From Mytilus californianus (taxonomy: Eukaryota), in contig NW_026262734.1 of assembly GCF_021869535.1 (NCBI RefSeq), positions 25,730,001 through 25,794,000 on the forward strand: 64,000 bases of DNA, read 5' to 3'. The translations under genes were made by a program, and so were the position numbers. Below are positions 26,470 through 37,691 of the stretch, piece by piece. The first letter of the stretch is position 1. The number at the start of each line of letters is the position of its first letter. Under the pieces are notes generated by a model. It was given only the letters and a program-made list of their open reading frames with translations, was not told the DNA's origin and did not search any database.

Positions 26470-28997
26470 GCACAAACAACATTTTCCAAAAGACCAAAAA
26501 AGGTGATAGGTATATTTTAACAAAAGGCATTTGACTAACAGGTCGAACAAAAAATGTTCTTAAACCCTGCTGACTGCCATTGGCGATTGCCAAATAAACG
26601 GATCACAAGATGTAACAAATGGATCTTTATAATAATTTAATACCAAACAGAAAACAATAAACTTGCAGAAAAGATGGTATACCGCAAACAAAAGGTGCAA
26701 ACATTTTTTAGTACACCATATCCGGATTTCGACAATTTATGTCTCTTCAGTGATGTTAGGAATCGAACGGTATTTGGAAGGCCATATAATTTACCTCAAT
26801 TTAGGATAGACTCTTGAATTTTGAAGAGTCGAAATAAGATGAACGGATCATATTAACCCGAAGGCAAATATAATACAAGCCCAAACGAAAAAATATAACC
26901 AAGTCTAAATTGAAAACAAATCCGGATATGGTGTACTAAAAACATTTTTGCACCTTTTGTTTGCGATATACCATCTTTTCCGCAAGTTTATTGTTTTCTG
27001 CTTGGTATTAAATTATTATAAAGATCCATTTGTTACATCTTGTGATCCGTTTATTTGGCAATTGCCAATGGCAGTCAGCAGGGTTTAATAGATATAGGAA
27101 GATGTGGTATGAGTGCCAATGAGACAACTCTCCATCCAAGTTACAATTTATAAAAGTAAACCATTCTAGGTCAAGAACATTTATTGTTCGACCTGTTAGT
27201 CAAATGCGTTTTGTTAAAATATTCTTTTTTTACTTTTTTTTGTCTTTTGGAAAATGTTGTTTGTGCTGTATTTAGACCCCTCTACCAAGAAATTTGTTTT
27301 GCATGCACACGTATAAAAATTGCGGTTTTTATCCAACGCAATCATAGGTTTGAACGTTGTTTTCAATTTAGACTTGTTTATATTTTTTCGTTTGAGCTCG
27401 TATTATATTTGCCTTTGGATTTATATGACCCGTTCATCCTATTTCGACTCTTCAAAATTCAAGAGTCTTTCCTAAATTGAGGTAAATTATATGGCCTTCC
27501 AAATACCGTTTCGATTCCTAACATCACTGAAGAGACATAAATTGTCGAAATTCGGATATGGTGTACTAAAAACATTTTTGCACCTTTTGTTTGCGGTATA
27601 CCATCTTTTCCACAAGTTTATTGTTTTCTGTTTGGTATTGAATTATTATAAAGATCCATTTGTTACATCTTGTGATCTGTTTATTTGGCAATTGCCAATG
27701 GCAGTCAGCAGGGTTTAAGAACATTTTTTGTTCGACCTGTTAGTCAAATGCGTTTTGTTAAAATATACTTTTTCACTTTTTTGGTCTTTTGGAAAATGTT
27801 GTTTGTGCTGTATTTAGACCCCTCTACCAAGAAATTTGTTTTGCATGCACACGTATAAAAATTGCGGTTTTTATCCAACGCAATCATAGGTTTGAACGTT
27901 GTTTTCAATTTAGACTTGTTTATATTTTTTCGTTTGAGCTCGTATTATATTTGCCTTTGGATTTATATGACCCGTTCATCCTATTTCGACTCTTCAAAAT
28001 TCAAGAGTCTTTCCTAAATTGAGGTAAATTATATGGCCTTCCAAATACCGTTTCGATTCCTAACATCACTGAAGAGACATAAATTGTCGAAATTCGGATA
28101 TGGTGTACTAAAAACATTTTTGCACCTTTTGTTTGCGGTATACCATCTTTTCCACAAGTTTATTGTTTTCTGTTTGGTATTGAATTATTATAAAGATCCA
28201 TTTGTTACATCTTGTGATCTGTTTATTTGGCAATTGCCAATGGCAGTCAGCAGGGTTTAAGAACATTTTTTGTTCGACCTGTTAGTCAAATGCGTTTTGT
28301 TAAAATATACTTTTTCACTTTTTTGGTCTTTTGGAAAATGTTGTTTGTGCTGTATTCAGACCCCTATACCAAGAAATTTGTTTTGCATGCACACGTATAA
28401 AAATTGCGGTTTTTATCCAACGCAATCATAGGTTTGAACGTTGTTTTCAATTTAGACTTGTTTATATTTTTTCGTTTGGGCTTGTATTATATTTGCCTTT
28501 GGGTTTATATGACCCGTTCATCCTATTTCAATTCTTCAAAATTCAAGAGTCTTTCCTAAATTGAGGTAAATTACATGGCCTTCCAAATACTGTTTCGATT
28601 CCTAACATCACTGAAGAGACATTAATTTTCGAAATCCGGATATGGTGTACAAAAATCTTTGCACCTTTGTTTGCGGTATGGCATCTTTGCCGCAATTTTA
28701 TTGTTTTCTGTTTGGTATTAAATTTATAATTAAGATCCATTTATTACACCTTGTGATCCGTTTATTTGGCAATCGCCAATGCCAGTCGGCAGGGTTTAAG
28801 AACATTTGTTGTTCGACCTGTTAGTCAAATGCGTTTTGTTAAAATATACTTTTCCACTCTTTTGGTCTTTTGGAAAATGTTGTTTGTTCTGTATTTAGAC
28901 CCCTCTAACAAGAAATTTGTTTTGCATGCACACGTATAAAAATTGCGGTTTTTATCCAACGCAATCATAGATTTGAACGTTGTTTTCAATTTAGACT

Positions 28998-28999
<2 letters not shown>
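26470..28999. repeat. 542-bp satellite array: one inverted partial unit (26470-26918) followed by about 3.8 direct units
   Basis: Identical ORFs recur at 27491/28033 and 27789/28331 (period 542); 26470-26918 is the reverse complement of about 449 bp of the unit; absent at the paralogous site near 56030. Confidence 0.92.

Positions 29000-29029
<30 letters not shown>
29000..29029. repeat. (TA)n microsatellite
   Basis: about 15 TA units directly after the satellite. Confidence 0.95.
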
Positions 29030-29034
<5 letters not shown>

Positions 29035-30254
29035 TGATAAAGGTTAAAAGTACTTGTTTTAAAACATAGTGTTATGACTCAATTCATAGACGTCTTTGAA
29101 AAGCCAACAATTTAACAAAAATATACAAAAGAAAAACGCAAGGTCAGATATGACAACACAATTTCTTAAATTTTATATACTGTATTGTTGTTGATGTCAG
29201 TCATTTCCAAATGAATTTTACAGATTATCACCCAAGTATGTCAACTGATTAATGTTTATTCCAAAGGTTCACAATTGACAAATCCAATTCTTATAATATA
29301 GTTCTCCAGCAGACTTTCCATAGATAATGTTAAATCCACAGTTAATACAATTTAATCATTAAATTATTAAATTCATTTATTGTATTACTTATCAAAACTA
29401 AGCAAGCCTAATTTTTACACATTGCTATCATTAATTATATTCAGGTAAAAAATATACAATGTCTACAATTTACACAAGGCCATTAGGTTTCCCACTAAAT
29501 GTTAGCACGAGTTTCTTGCTATTAAATTCGATTAGACATAAAAAAAAAAAAAAAGCAGTTTCAATGTAGCATATTGTTAGTTGTTGGAAAATCATCAAGG
29601 AGTTTGGACGGAAAAACCCTCCCATCCCTCCCTTTAAACATATTTCTGCTGTTTCTGAATTTATTTTACAGGTTGCAGTTCTCATTAATATTTTGGACAT
29701 TCAATCCATGTACATGATAAGAAGATCATCAAAAATCGTCATGGAAGAACCTTCTTGGACTTAATTGATTATTGAGATGGCGGATTTATCAAAGCTCACT
29801 GCTTTGGTTGACCCAGCAGAGACAATTGTTACACACTGACTGGTACACCCGTCAGTGTTTGATAGTCAACTGTTGATAATTTATGTTATTTGCTTGAAGA
29901 AAACTAAATTGCCATGACAAATAAGCAGCCAAAAAACTAATCAAGTTGTTGTTGTTTATTGTATCAATGAATAATAAGAACCTACAAATCTTAAATAATA
30001 TCTTTGCTTAGTTTGATATTCATTGTTCATTCTAAACCAGATCAAGCGAACGTATTTCCGTATAACAAGCATTAAACAATTTCTTTTACACACATCAATT
30101 ATATACAATAATAATGAATAACATAAATTCCTTCGACATTCAAACCTCTTTCTTTTATAAAACTGCAATATCTTAGCCATGCTAATATAAAATGTAATGA
30201 CGGTTTTTGCATTTTTTTTCCAATCTGAAATAAATCACTAATTATGCGAACTTT

Positions 30255-30490
30255 CTTTAACGGAACCTGATGTTTCTCGTTTCTCGTTTTTTTATATAGA
30301 TTAGACCGCTGGTTTTCCTGTTTGATTGGTTTTACACTAGTCATTTGTGGGGCCCTTTATAGCTTGCTGTTTGGTGTGAGCCAAGTCTCCGTGTTGAAGT
30401 CCGTACTTCAACCTATAATTGATTACTTTTACAAATTGTGACTTGGATGGAGTGTTTTCTCATTGGCACTCATACTACATCTTCTCATAT
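30255..30490 (-). mobile_element. truncated SINE-like repeat copy, specific to TIMP-C intron 3
   Basis: terminal half of the repeat; absent at the matching point in TIMP-A intron 3 (about 1000). Confidence 0.7.
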
Positions 30491-30984
30491 CTATTTCATA
30501 GAAAACTGCAGATACTCAGGGAAACAAACAAACAAACAACATGTTTAACCCTGCCACGTTCTATATGTGCCTGTTCCAAGTCAGAAAACTGTAATTGAGT
30601 GGTTGTTGTATATTGCTGTTTCTCATATTTGTCTTTCGCTATGTTTTGTAGTTAGTTCCTATGTTGTGCCATTCCACCACTATCCCAGATAAGAGGGAGG
30701 GTTGGCGCCTTCCGACATGTTTAACCCCATTACATTCTGTATGTGCCTGTCCCTAGTCTGCAGCCTATAGTTCAGTGGTTAGGCTGTGATTTTTTTCAAT
30801 TTAATTGTTTCATATTTTTCAAGTCGGGGCCTTTTATAGCCAACTATACGGCATGCTTTTTCTCACTGTTGAAGGCCGTACAGTTACCTATAATCGTTTC
30901 ATCCACTTCATTTTAACTTTGATGGATAGTTGTCTCTTGTTTTTATATAGAAATATATAGAGATGTTATTAATTCATATTTCAG

Positions 30985-31115
30985 GAGTAGTAGGGAGCGG
31001 TCCACAAAATGGAACATTTTACCAAATACATCTCTGCGATTGGATTCAACCTTGGCAGGGTATTCCAACGGATACAAAAACAGCACTAGAAACGGGGACT
31101 TTTGCTCAATGTTAA
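30985..31115 (+). pseudogene. TIMP: TIMP-C exon 4 remnant
   Basis: 131 nt, tttcag| acceptor, ends TGT TAA as in A. Confidence 0.82.
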
Positions 31116-32989
31116 TCGTTATTAAGCACATTTGTTAAGTGACTCTAAATTGCAACAGCTACTTATCATAAATGCAAGATTTTTTTCTTTTTGTTTTCAT
31201 GTTTTTATAAAATTTGAAAAGGTATGACAGGCCACTACAATTATTTGTTTTTCTACTCAGTCTAGATTTAAAAATGATTAAAAAAAATCTGGGATTTACA
31301 TAAAAGGCGGCAGCAGCCTAACAAATAACATGAATTAAAACGGCATAATAAAATGAGCTATTGGGAGTCTTTTGAGATTTAGGATGTTAACTTATATCTA
31401 GTAAATTCCAAATTGAATAAACGAACAGATGGAAAAAAAAAACTGAGGAAATTAATTAACTCAACACTGACTTAAACCGAGTGCCCCAACAGCGTAAACG
31501 TATCATTATACATGTAATAAGTATTCGGCACCCTCAATCGCGAGTTGAGGCATAGACACATAGCTTTAGACAACCAATAAACGGTGACAAGCGAAAAACG
31601 TACTAATATTTTTTTTCTTTAGGACATCATCATTATATGGGAACATGAAATTAAAGAACCTGGCACGATTTTTTTCATTTTAGCCTTGAGAATGTTTTGT
31701 ATGAATTTTGCATCATCATAATACAGAAACCGGTAGGAGTGTGCAATTAGTACAGCATTATGTAACTGATCAAAAGGTCCATTATTTTGATGATATCATC
31801 TAGAAAATAGTAGTGATTAATTTAGCAACATCGTCACACATGACTTGGTCTAACGCGATATTTATTACTGCAAAACGCCATATTTCAAAACACATGACTG
31901 AATAAAGTTAGCAATCAAAAATCACAAATCGAAGAAGAATTGCCTACAATATGACCATTATAACATCTTCACAACAGTTTACGAGAAAACACACATGCAG
32001 TTCAATATTGAGAACAACTAACCCCTAAGCAAAACCGAAGATAGGTGTTATAGGAAAGTTTAAGAAGTTTGTTACACTTAGTTTATACACTTAGAAACTG
32101 ATTTGAACGGTTTAAAAAATAGTAGAAGACATGGAAAACAACATTTTTATAATACAAAAACTACAAGAATTCCATACTCATTCATACGTTCTACCAGATA
32201 TCGTATCTTCAATTATTCTAGACGATTTTATGAGGTTTCTTTATTTTTTCCTGAAAAGGGAACTAAATGTTATACAACAATTGACATGAGTTCAGGGTTA
32301 GCTATAATTATCTCGTCTGTACCTATTCTACGTGGTTTTTTTTTAAATTGACATCCCCATTAGAGCGTCAAAGGTTTGAGGTGAGGTTGACATTCTTGAA
32401 CTTCTGCCAAGTTTGCTTAATTAGCAGCTGGTACAACATATTGCCTTTTACTTGTCAATGGGAATAAGTCTGTCCATCGAATTACGAATCCTAATAAGAA
32501 AGGCGTTTTCTTTTCTGATAATTCTGTATTAGATTCTGTTCAAATGAAGGAGCTACCAAAAGAGAGGCGAAACAGAAAATAAACTGACAATGGATAAAAA
32601 AGAAAAAGACAAAAAAGCAAAGACACAATATAGAACATAAAAAATGGAGTAGCACACCACAAAAACTGAGGGTGATATTAGGTGCTCAGGAAGGGTAAAC
32701 ATGTGGCACCCGTAGTGTTTTTCATGTAATTATGAACCCAGTAATAAGTCTAGTTCGGTAGGTACTAAAATATGACATTATTCAGAAATCAAAAGGTGAA
32801 TTGGAGGCAGTATATGTAGTAGTTTTGTGCCTCAAGATAACATAACAGCTTCAGTTTTGTGGCGATTTTCGCTCACTGAACCAGGTCTAATCCACTATTT
32901 TATTCTTTTCTCTCGTTGTGGCGATATCTTTCTACTGCTTATAAATCTGCCTTTGTAAAACCTAGGTGAAAATATCAGTAGAGGAGACT

Positions 32990-33880
32990 TCCGTTTGGAA
33001 CAGCTTCAGCACTGATTCAATTCGGTATATGCTTACAGATGTGTTACATGATCTTAATTTCCAAATAGCTTTCAGTAGAAACTTTGACGACCATAGGAAC
33101 ATATTAAACATCTACAGTTGGTTTTTGGTAGACTTAACTCTGGAACCAGGCAAATGTGAGTTTCCACAAAAAGAGATTCTCTACCTTGGTCAATATTGCC
33201 TAGTCTCAACATTGACTGAACATATCTTACTTGACTGCAACCGAAGTGTCTGGCCAGTACTGAATTTACCGCAGTGGATTAGTCTGACAATTAACTGAAA
33301 GCCTAAAAATTACTTATAAACTTGTTGGTCAGTCAGATTTGTACCGTTCATATTGACCGTTTCAGATCTAAATTGGGTAACTAGGGTGCTTATAGTCAAT
33401 TCGAAATCCACACCGACCATGAGGCTCTCAAATGGCTCTCAAGTAAAAAACATTCTACGGGTAGATTGGCTCGCTGGTCTGTCTTATTACAATGGTGTGA
33501 CTATTCAATTTGTTCTCGTAAAGGCCTACGAACACACATGCAGACTTTCTGGTAGAGAGAAACTATAATCTGACAATAATCGTCAAGAACCAGACAACAG
33601 TTTTCCCTCGATTGACTGATGAAGTAATTTTGTTCTTCCCAGAAACCCCATCTTTCAAAACCCGTTTAGTCTATCTGGACACTCACACGGAATTCAACAT
33701 CAGCAATGAAAACATTAAGAGATGCTAAAAAAGAATATCCAGTTTTTAAGGACCTGTATATATATTTCTCAGATGATATTCTATTTGAAGACAAAAAAAC
33801 GAGCTGTCAAGGTAAAACATGACTTCCAACAGTATTGCATACTAGATGGAGTCCTGTGTCATTTCTCCCAACTAATGTCA
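32990..33880 (+). mobile_element. decayed Ty3/Gypsy LTR-retrotransposon pol fragment (RT end, RNase H, linker)
   Basis: MLTDVLHDLNFQIA|FSRNFDDH and LTLEPGKCEFPQKEILYLG (RT); in another frame FEIHTDHEALKWLSSKKHSTGRLARWSVLLQ (RNase H TDH/RLARW motifs from 33400); EDKK..QQYCILDGVLCH linker. Frameshifts and deletions present. Confidence 0.85.
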
Positions 33881-34239
33881 ATTGTCATTTTAGAAGAAAC
33901 TCTTATATGACGGAGCGCTGTTTTTTTCATTTTGCATCAATTTTTGTATATTTGTAGTCAGATGTATTTATCTTTAGTTATTGCCTATTATTTTTTTAAT
34001 ATGTAAAGTTATTCTGTAATGTTTTACACCTATGCCCTTTCTGATTATTCATAAACATAAAAACATGCACTCATGCATTAGGATTTATTTCGTCCATAGC
34101 TAGTTGTAAAATATAACAGTGTATTTTTTTACACCACTTTGTATTTGACACATCTGCTACGAATTCCGACCATTCCTCGTACATGATGATCTTGAAAACA
34201 ACAGGCCCCTTAAAGAGTTGTGCAAGGGAAACTTAACTT

Positions 34240-34400
34240 GCTGAGAGCATGGCACTTTCCATACACGAGGCATCGGATTTAACGTCCACATGTCTGCATA
34301 TTTATTCATCCTAACAACCAATAGATTCACCGCTTAAACAAAGGTGTACTTTTGGATGGGAGAAGTCCAGGGATGACTCTTTTTCCATACCCCAGTCAAT
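34240..34400 (+). mobile_element. possible Meta-core-type SINE remnant
   Basis: ACACGAGGCATCGGATTTAACGTCC and CCCCAGTCA resemble the conserved core as I recall it; unverified. Confidence 0.3.
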
Positions 34401-34919
34401 TATTTCGTCTTAATGAAATAAGATATGGGAAATGCTTTAATGATTTAGAGGTCAATGTACAACAATACACAGCATATTTAACAGAATATCAAACTCTAAA
34501 CTGGCTTATGCTTGAGTAGAAGGTAATAAATTAAGCTAAATTTACCATCAAATGTATGTCAATCAAGCCATTTGACCACGACCACAATAAAACTATATAA
34601 CAAAAAGAAGCCGTTGACACAAATATGTGGTATTGAGGAAAACGTTCAAACTCTCGTTTTGATCTTGATCGGGGTAATTTTAAATGGCTTATCAAAGCAT
34701 ATACAATGGATATCTTATCCTCAAAAGAACTCTATATTAACGTTTGTTAACACATGTGAAAGCAAAACAACAATAAGCAATACAATTTCATAGAATGCCC
34801 GTGAGGTCAAAGCACCAAACCTGATAATAAAACTATACTCTAATATCGATATTCAATGTAGATTTCATACTTCAAAGTCAAACATTATTACATGTAAACA
34901 GTACTTGTTTTTGTTTAAA

Positions 34920-35330
34920 TGTCTTTTTGATTACGTTTTGCCATTTCAATGTATATTTTATAGTGCGTCTTATTATGTTGTAATGTTACACAACTGTCTC
35001 AGGTTATGGTGAAGGTTAGCGCCTGTTTAAAAGTTTAAACCCGATGCATTTTTATGCACCTGTCCTAACCCAGTAGCCTTTTGTTCAGTGGTTGTCGTTT
35101 ATTGGTGTGGTCCATAGGTGTTTTTCGTTTCTCGTTTTTTATGTAGATTAGACGAGTGGTTTTTCCTGTGTTACAATAGTTATTTTGGGCCCTTTATAGC
35201 TTGCTGTTCGCTGTAAGCCAAGGCTGTGTGTTGAAGGCCGTACTTTGACCTATAATTTTTAACCTTTCATACATTGTGACTTGGATGGATAGTTGTCGCA
35301 TTGGCACTCATACCACATCTTCTTATTCAT
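34920..35330 (-). mobile_element. SINE-like interspersed repeat copy
   Basis: collinear with 12775-13190 and 58690-59100. Confidence 0.75.
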
Positions 35331-36429
35331 ATATTTATCTTACCTACTATACATTTTTAGGACTATGATTGGTTAAAAGCAACCTCGTGGAGACTGTGTA
35401 TATTTCATATGGGGTTAGTAGGCGAGGTTTATTTCAGTACACGGTTAATAGTGGTGTTACGTTCCTTTTTAAAAACAACACAGTGATGAGGAAAATTCTA
35501 AAAGGTTTCAACAGACCAAGAAATTGACGATGAAAGATTGAAATAAATTCTAAAACACATTTAAAGCTAACAAGTTGTTTTTGTTGGCATTTGTTTTTTG
35601 TATGGACCAATGGAAGTAGGTCCTTAATACTAAGTATTGAAGACGTGATCACTTTGATAGTCCACTAGTCTGAATACCACATGTTAAGATAGTCCGTTTA
35701 GATAATTTCGTTACACAGTGTGCTAGTGACCTAATACGATATAGCACACTATTTAACATGTTTAACTAATAATATATATCAACCTGTTTATCAACATGTA
35801 TCTTATTATTCCATTTCGATTTAAAATCGTTCATTCTAACATGTCTAAGGAATAACAGAAAGACGAAAGATACAAAATGGATATTCTAACTCATAAGTAA
35901 AAAACAAAAAAACCTGACAATACCATGACACAAAACGTCAAAAGATGAAAAGACAAACATCAGTACACAGAGCACAACATTGAAAATTAAAGACTGAAAA
36001 ACACAAACCCTACCAAACCCGGGGAATAAAGGGATATACAAGTTTTTTTCTATGTTTTACTAGTATATCTAACGGTTTGTAAGCCAGTATAGGTTCAATG
36101 ATACACGCAAAGATCTCTTCACTAAAAGGGTTTTTGATTTTCGGCGGAGATCTTTCAAAGTCAACATTAAATTATAATTGAATTTTTACTATTAAAAACA
36201 GTGACCGAAACCAATACAAATGTAATACATTGATTTATTTGCATTGTATATACTGAATTATAATTTATATTAATATATATACAATATGATACATCAACAT
36301 CTCCCCGAATTTTGAATTTAATGGCAACCAGAGCATTAACCACTTAGCTTCAGTTTTGTTTAGGTGATGGCGGTTCTATACTCTGTGGTTTACATGTTGT
36401 AATGTACAATTATAGTATTTATTTATGTA

Positions 36430-36775
36430 TTTCTCTGTGTGTTCTTGCGTTTGTTTGTACAGTATTTTTGTCACGTAGTGTTGTCATTTTAGCGATATTT
36501 TTAACATTGCCATATGAGCGGAAGGTTTGGCTAGCCATAAAACCAGATTCAACCCACCATTTTTTCTTAAAATGTCCTGTATGGCAGTTGTTATTAAATA
36601 GTACGTTTCTATGTATGTTGGTGTAGGTTTTTGTTTGCTGTTAAGTGTTTCTGTTGTTCCGTTGTTTTCCTCTTATAGTTGGTGTGTTTCCCTCGATTTT
36701 AGTTTTTTACCCGGATTTGTTTTCGCTTAATAGATTTATGACTATTGAACAGCGGTATACTACTGTTGCCTTTAT
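36430..36775 (-). mobile_element. second interspersed repeat family (AAGGCAACAGTAGTATACCGCTGTTCAATAGTC end)
   Basis: also at 6459-6620 (+) and 11640-11740 (-). Confidence 0.7.
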
Positions 36776-37455
36776 TTACCATGTGTTCTTTTTTGTGCTC
36801 TAATATGATTTTCATAAATAAAATATCAATATCATTATGCCAATTCTTATTCGACTTGTTATTTTCACTGCCTCGTTAATCTCGACAATATTGTGTGAGA
36901 ACAAATCTTAATTGACAATGTTAATAAGTTAGACAAAGTAATGTTTTACTAATTAAATATATTCAAATATTGCACAAAGGTGTTTTAACTCTCTCAATGT
37001 AATTACTTTAACTGATATTGAAAATATATGATTTTATCTTATAGATGCCTTTTTGATACGTGGGTTGATCTCGCTGGCGTTTATAAAATTTGTATTGCAA
37101 AACTATGTGTTTGCATGTTTGTCTTAGATGCAAATTTCTGTGACTTTGACTATTTCATGCCGGATATTTATTTTATACTGAAAAAGCCCTCTTTCCCGAA
37201 GAAAATTACCTCCTATTGGCAGGAAACTAAAAGTAGCTATCCTTATTAATTGATATCGTAGTACAAAAACACCTCTCCAAGAACAGGACTTGAAACCCGA
37301 ACCTCAAAAATGACAGGGAAATGATTACAGAGGATGAACAACTTAGACACTTTAGCCGATGAGACCCTATGAAAAATCGGAGTAACCTTTTGTATCCTAT
37401 CAACTCAAACCGTTGGCATATATTTGACAAATAATGATTGCAGTTTTGAAAATCT

Positions 37456-37461
37456 TTTATT
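37456..37461 (-). promoter_or_regulatory. candidate polyadenylation signal of TIMP-B
   Basis: AATAAA on the minus strand about 115 nt after the stop. Confidence 0.35.
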
Positions 37462-37575
37462 TTATAAAAAAATGAATACTTTTTTGAAAGATTTATCTAT
37501 TTTGCATGACTTTGTGTTATATATTATTATAGCATTCGACAGAATGTTTTGATAAAAGACTTTGTGATATTACGA

Positions 37576-37691
37576 CTAACAATTATTAAATTGTCCACCC
37601 AAGAGTTTTGTTCGTGTATCAGAGCTTATATCCTGCCATTTATGATTCCACTGGCAACTAGTTGTATGGTATGTTGAACCACTTACAGCTC
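37576..37691 (-). CDS. TIMP: TIMP-B coding exon 4
   Basis: 116 nt; attcatatttcag| acceptor identical to C and D; ends TGT TAG. Confidence 0.86.

Larger units (their letters stand above)
25856..31115 (+). pseudogene. TIMP: TIMP-C: probable pseudogene retaining coding exons 2 and 4 only
   Basis: Exon 2 at 25856-25938 (VSRGIVKNKRIFASRKVEYNVEVKDNFK) and exon 4 at 30985-31115 (GVVGSGPQNGTFYQIHLCDWIQPWQGIPTDTKTALETGTFAQC*) have intact frames and splice sites. Coding exon 1 is absent at the collinear position (about 24720-24750 vs D 53958-54370); exon 3 was not found in 25939-30984. Confidence 0.72.
9765..32000 (+). repeat. segmental duplication, copy 1 (collinear blocks with 43205-62900)
   Basis: Same-orientation non-coding blocks: 9765-11420 ~ 43205-44930; 15930-17070 ~ 44930-46170; 22190-22700 ~ 47800-48320; 23140-26420 ~ 52350-56030; 29040-29340 ~ 56040-56350; 31400-32000 ~ 62300-62900. 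Confidence 0.8.

Noticed and set aside
27184-28824. Repeated 75-98 aa ORFs; CRISPR-like periodicity
   Set aside because: Products of the 542-bp satellite; no unique spacers, no cas genes, eukaryotic context
29430-29450. TATTCAG|GTAA as possible end of TIMP-C exon 3
   Set aside because: Upstream sequence encodes no SC/EYLI motif and lacks the conserved exon 3 flank
36170-36310. GGGGAGA-TGT on the minus strand as PPT plus LTR start
   Set aside because: No second LTR, primer-binding site or TSD found; opposite strand to the Gypsy relic
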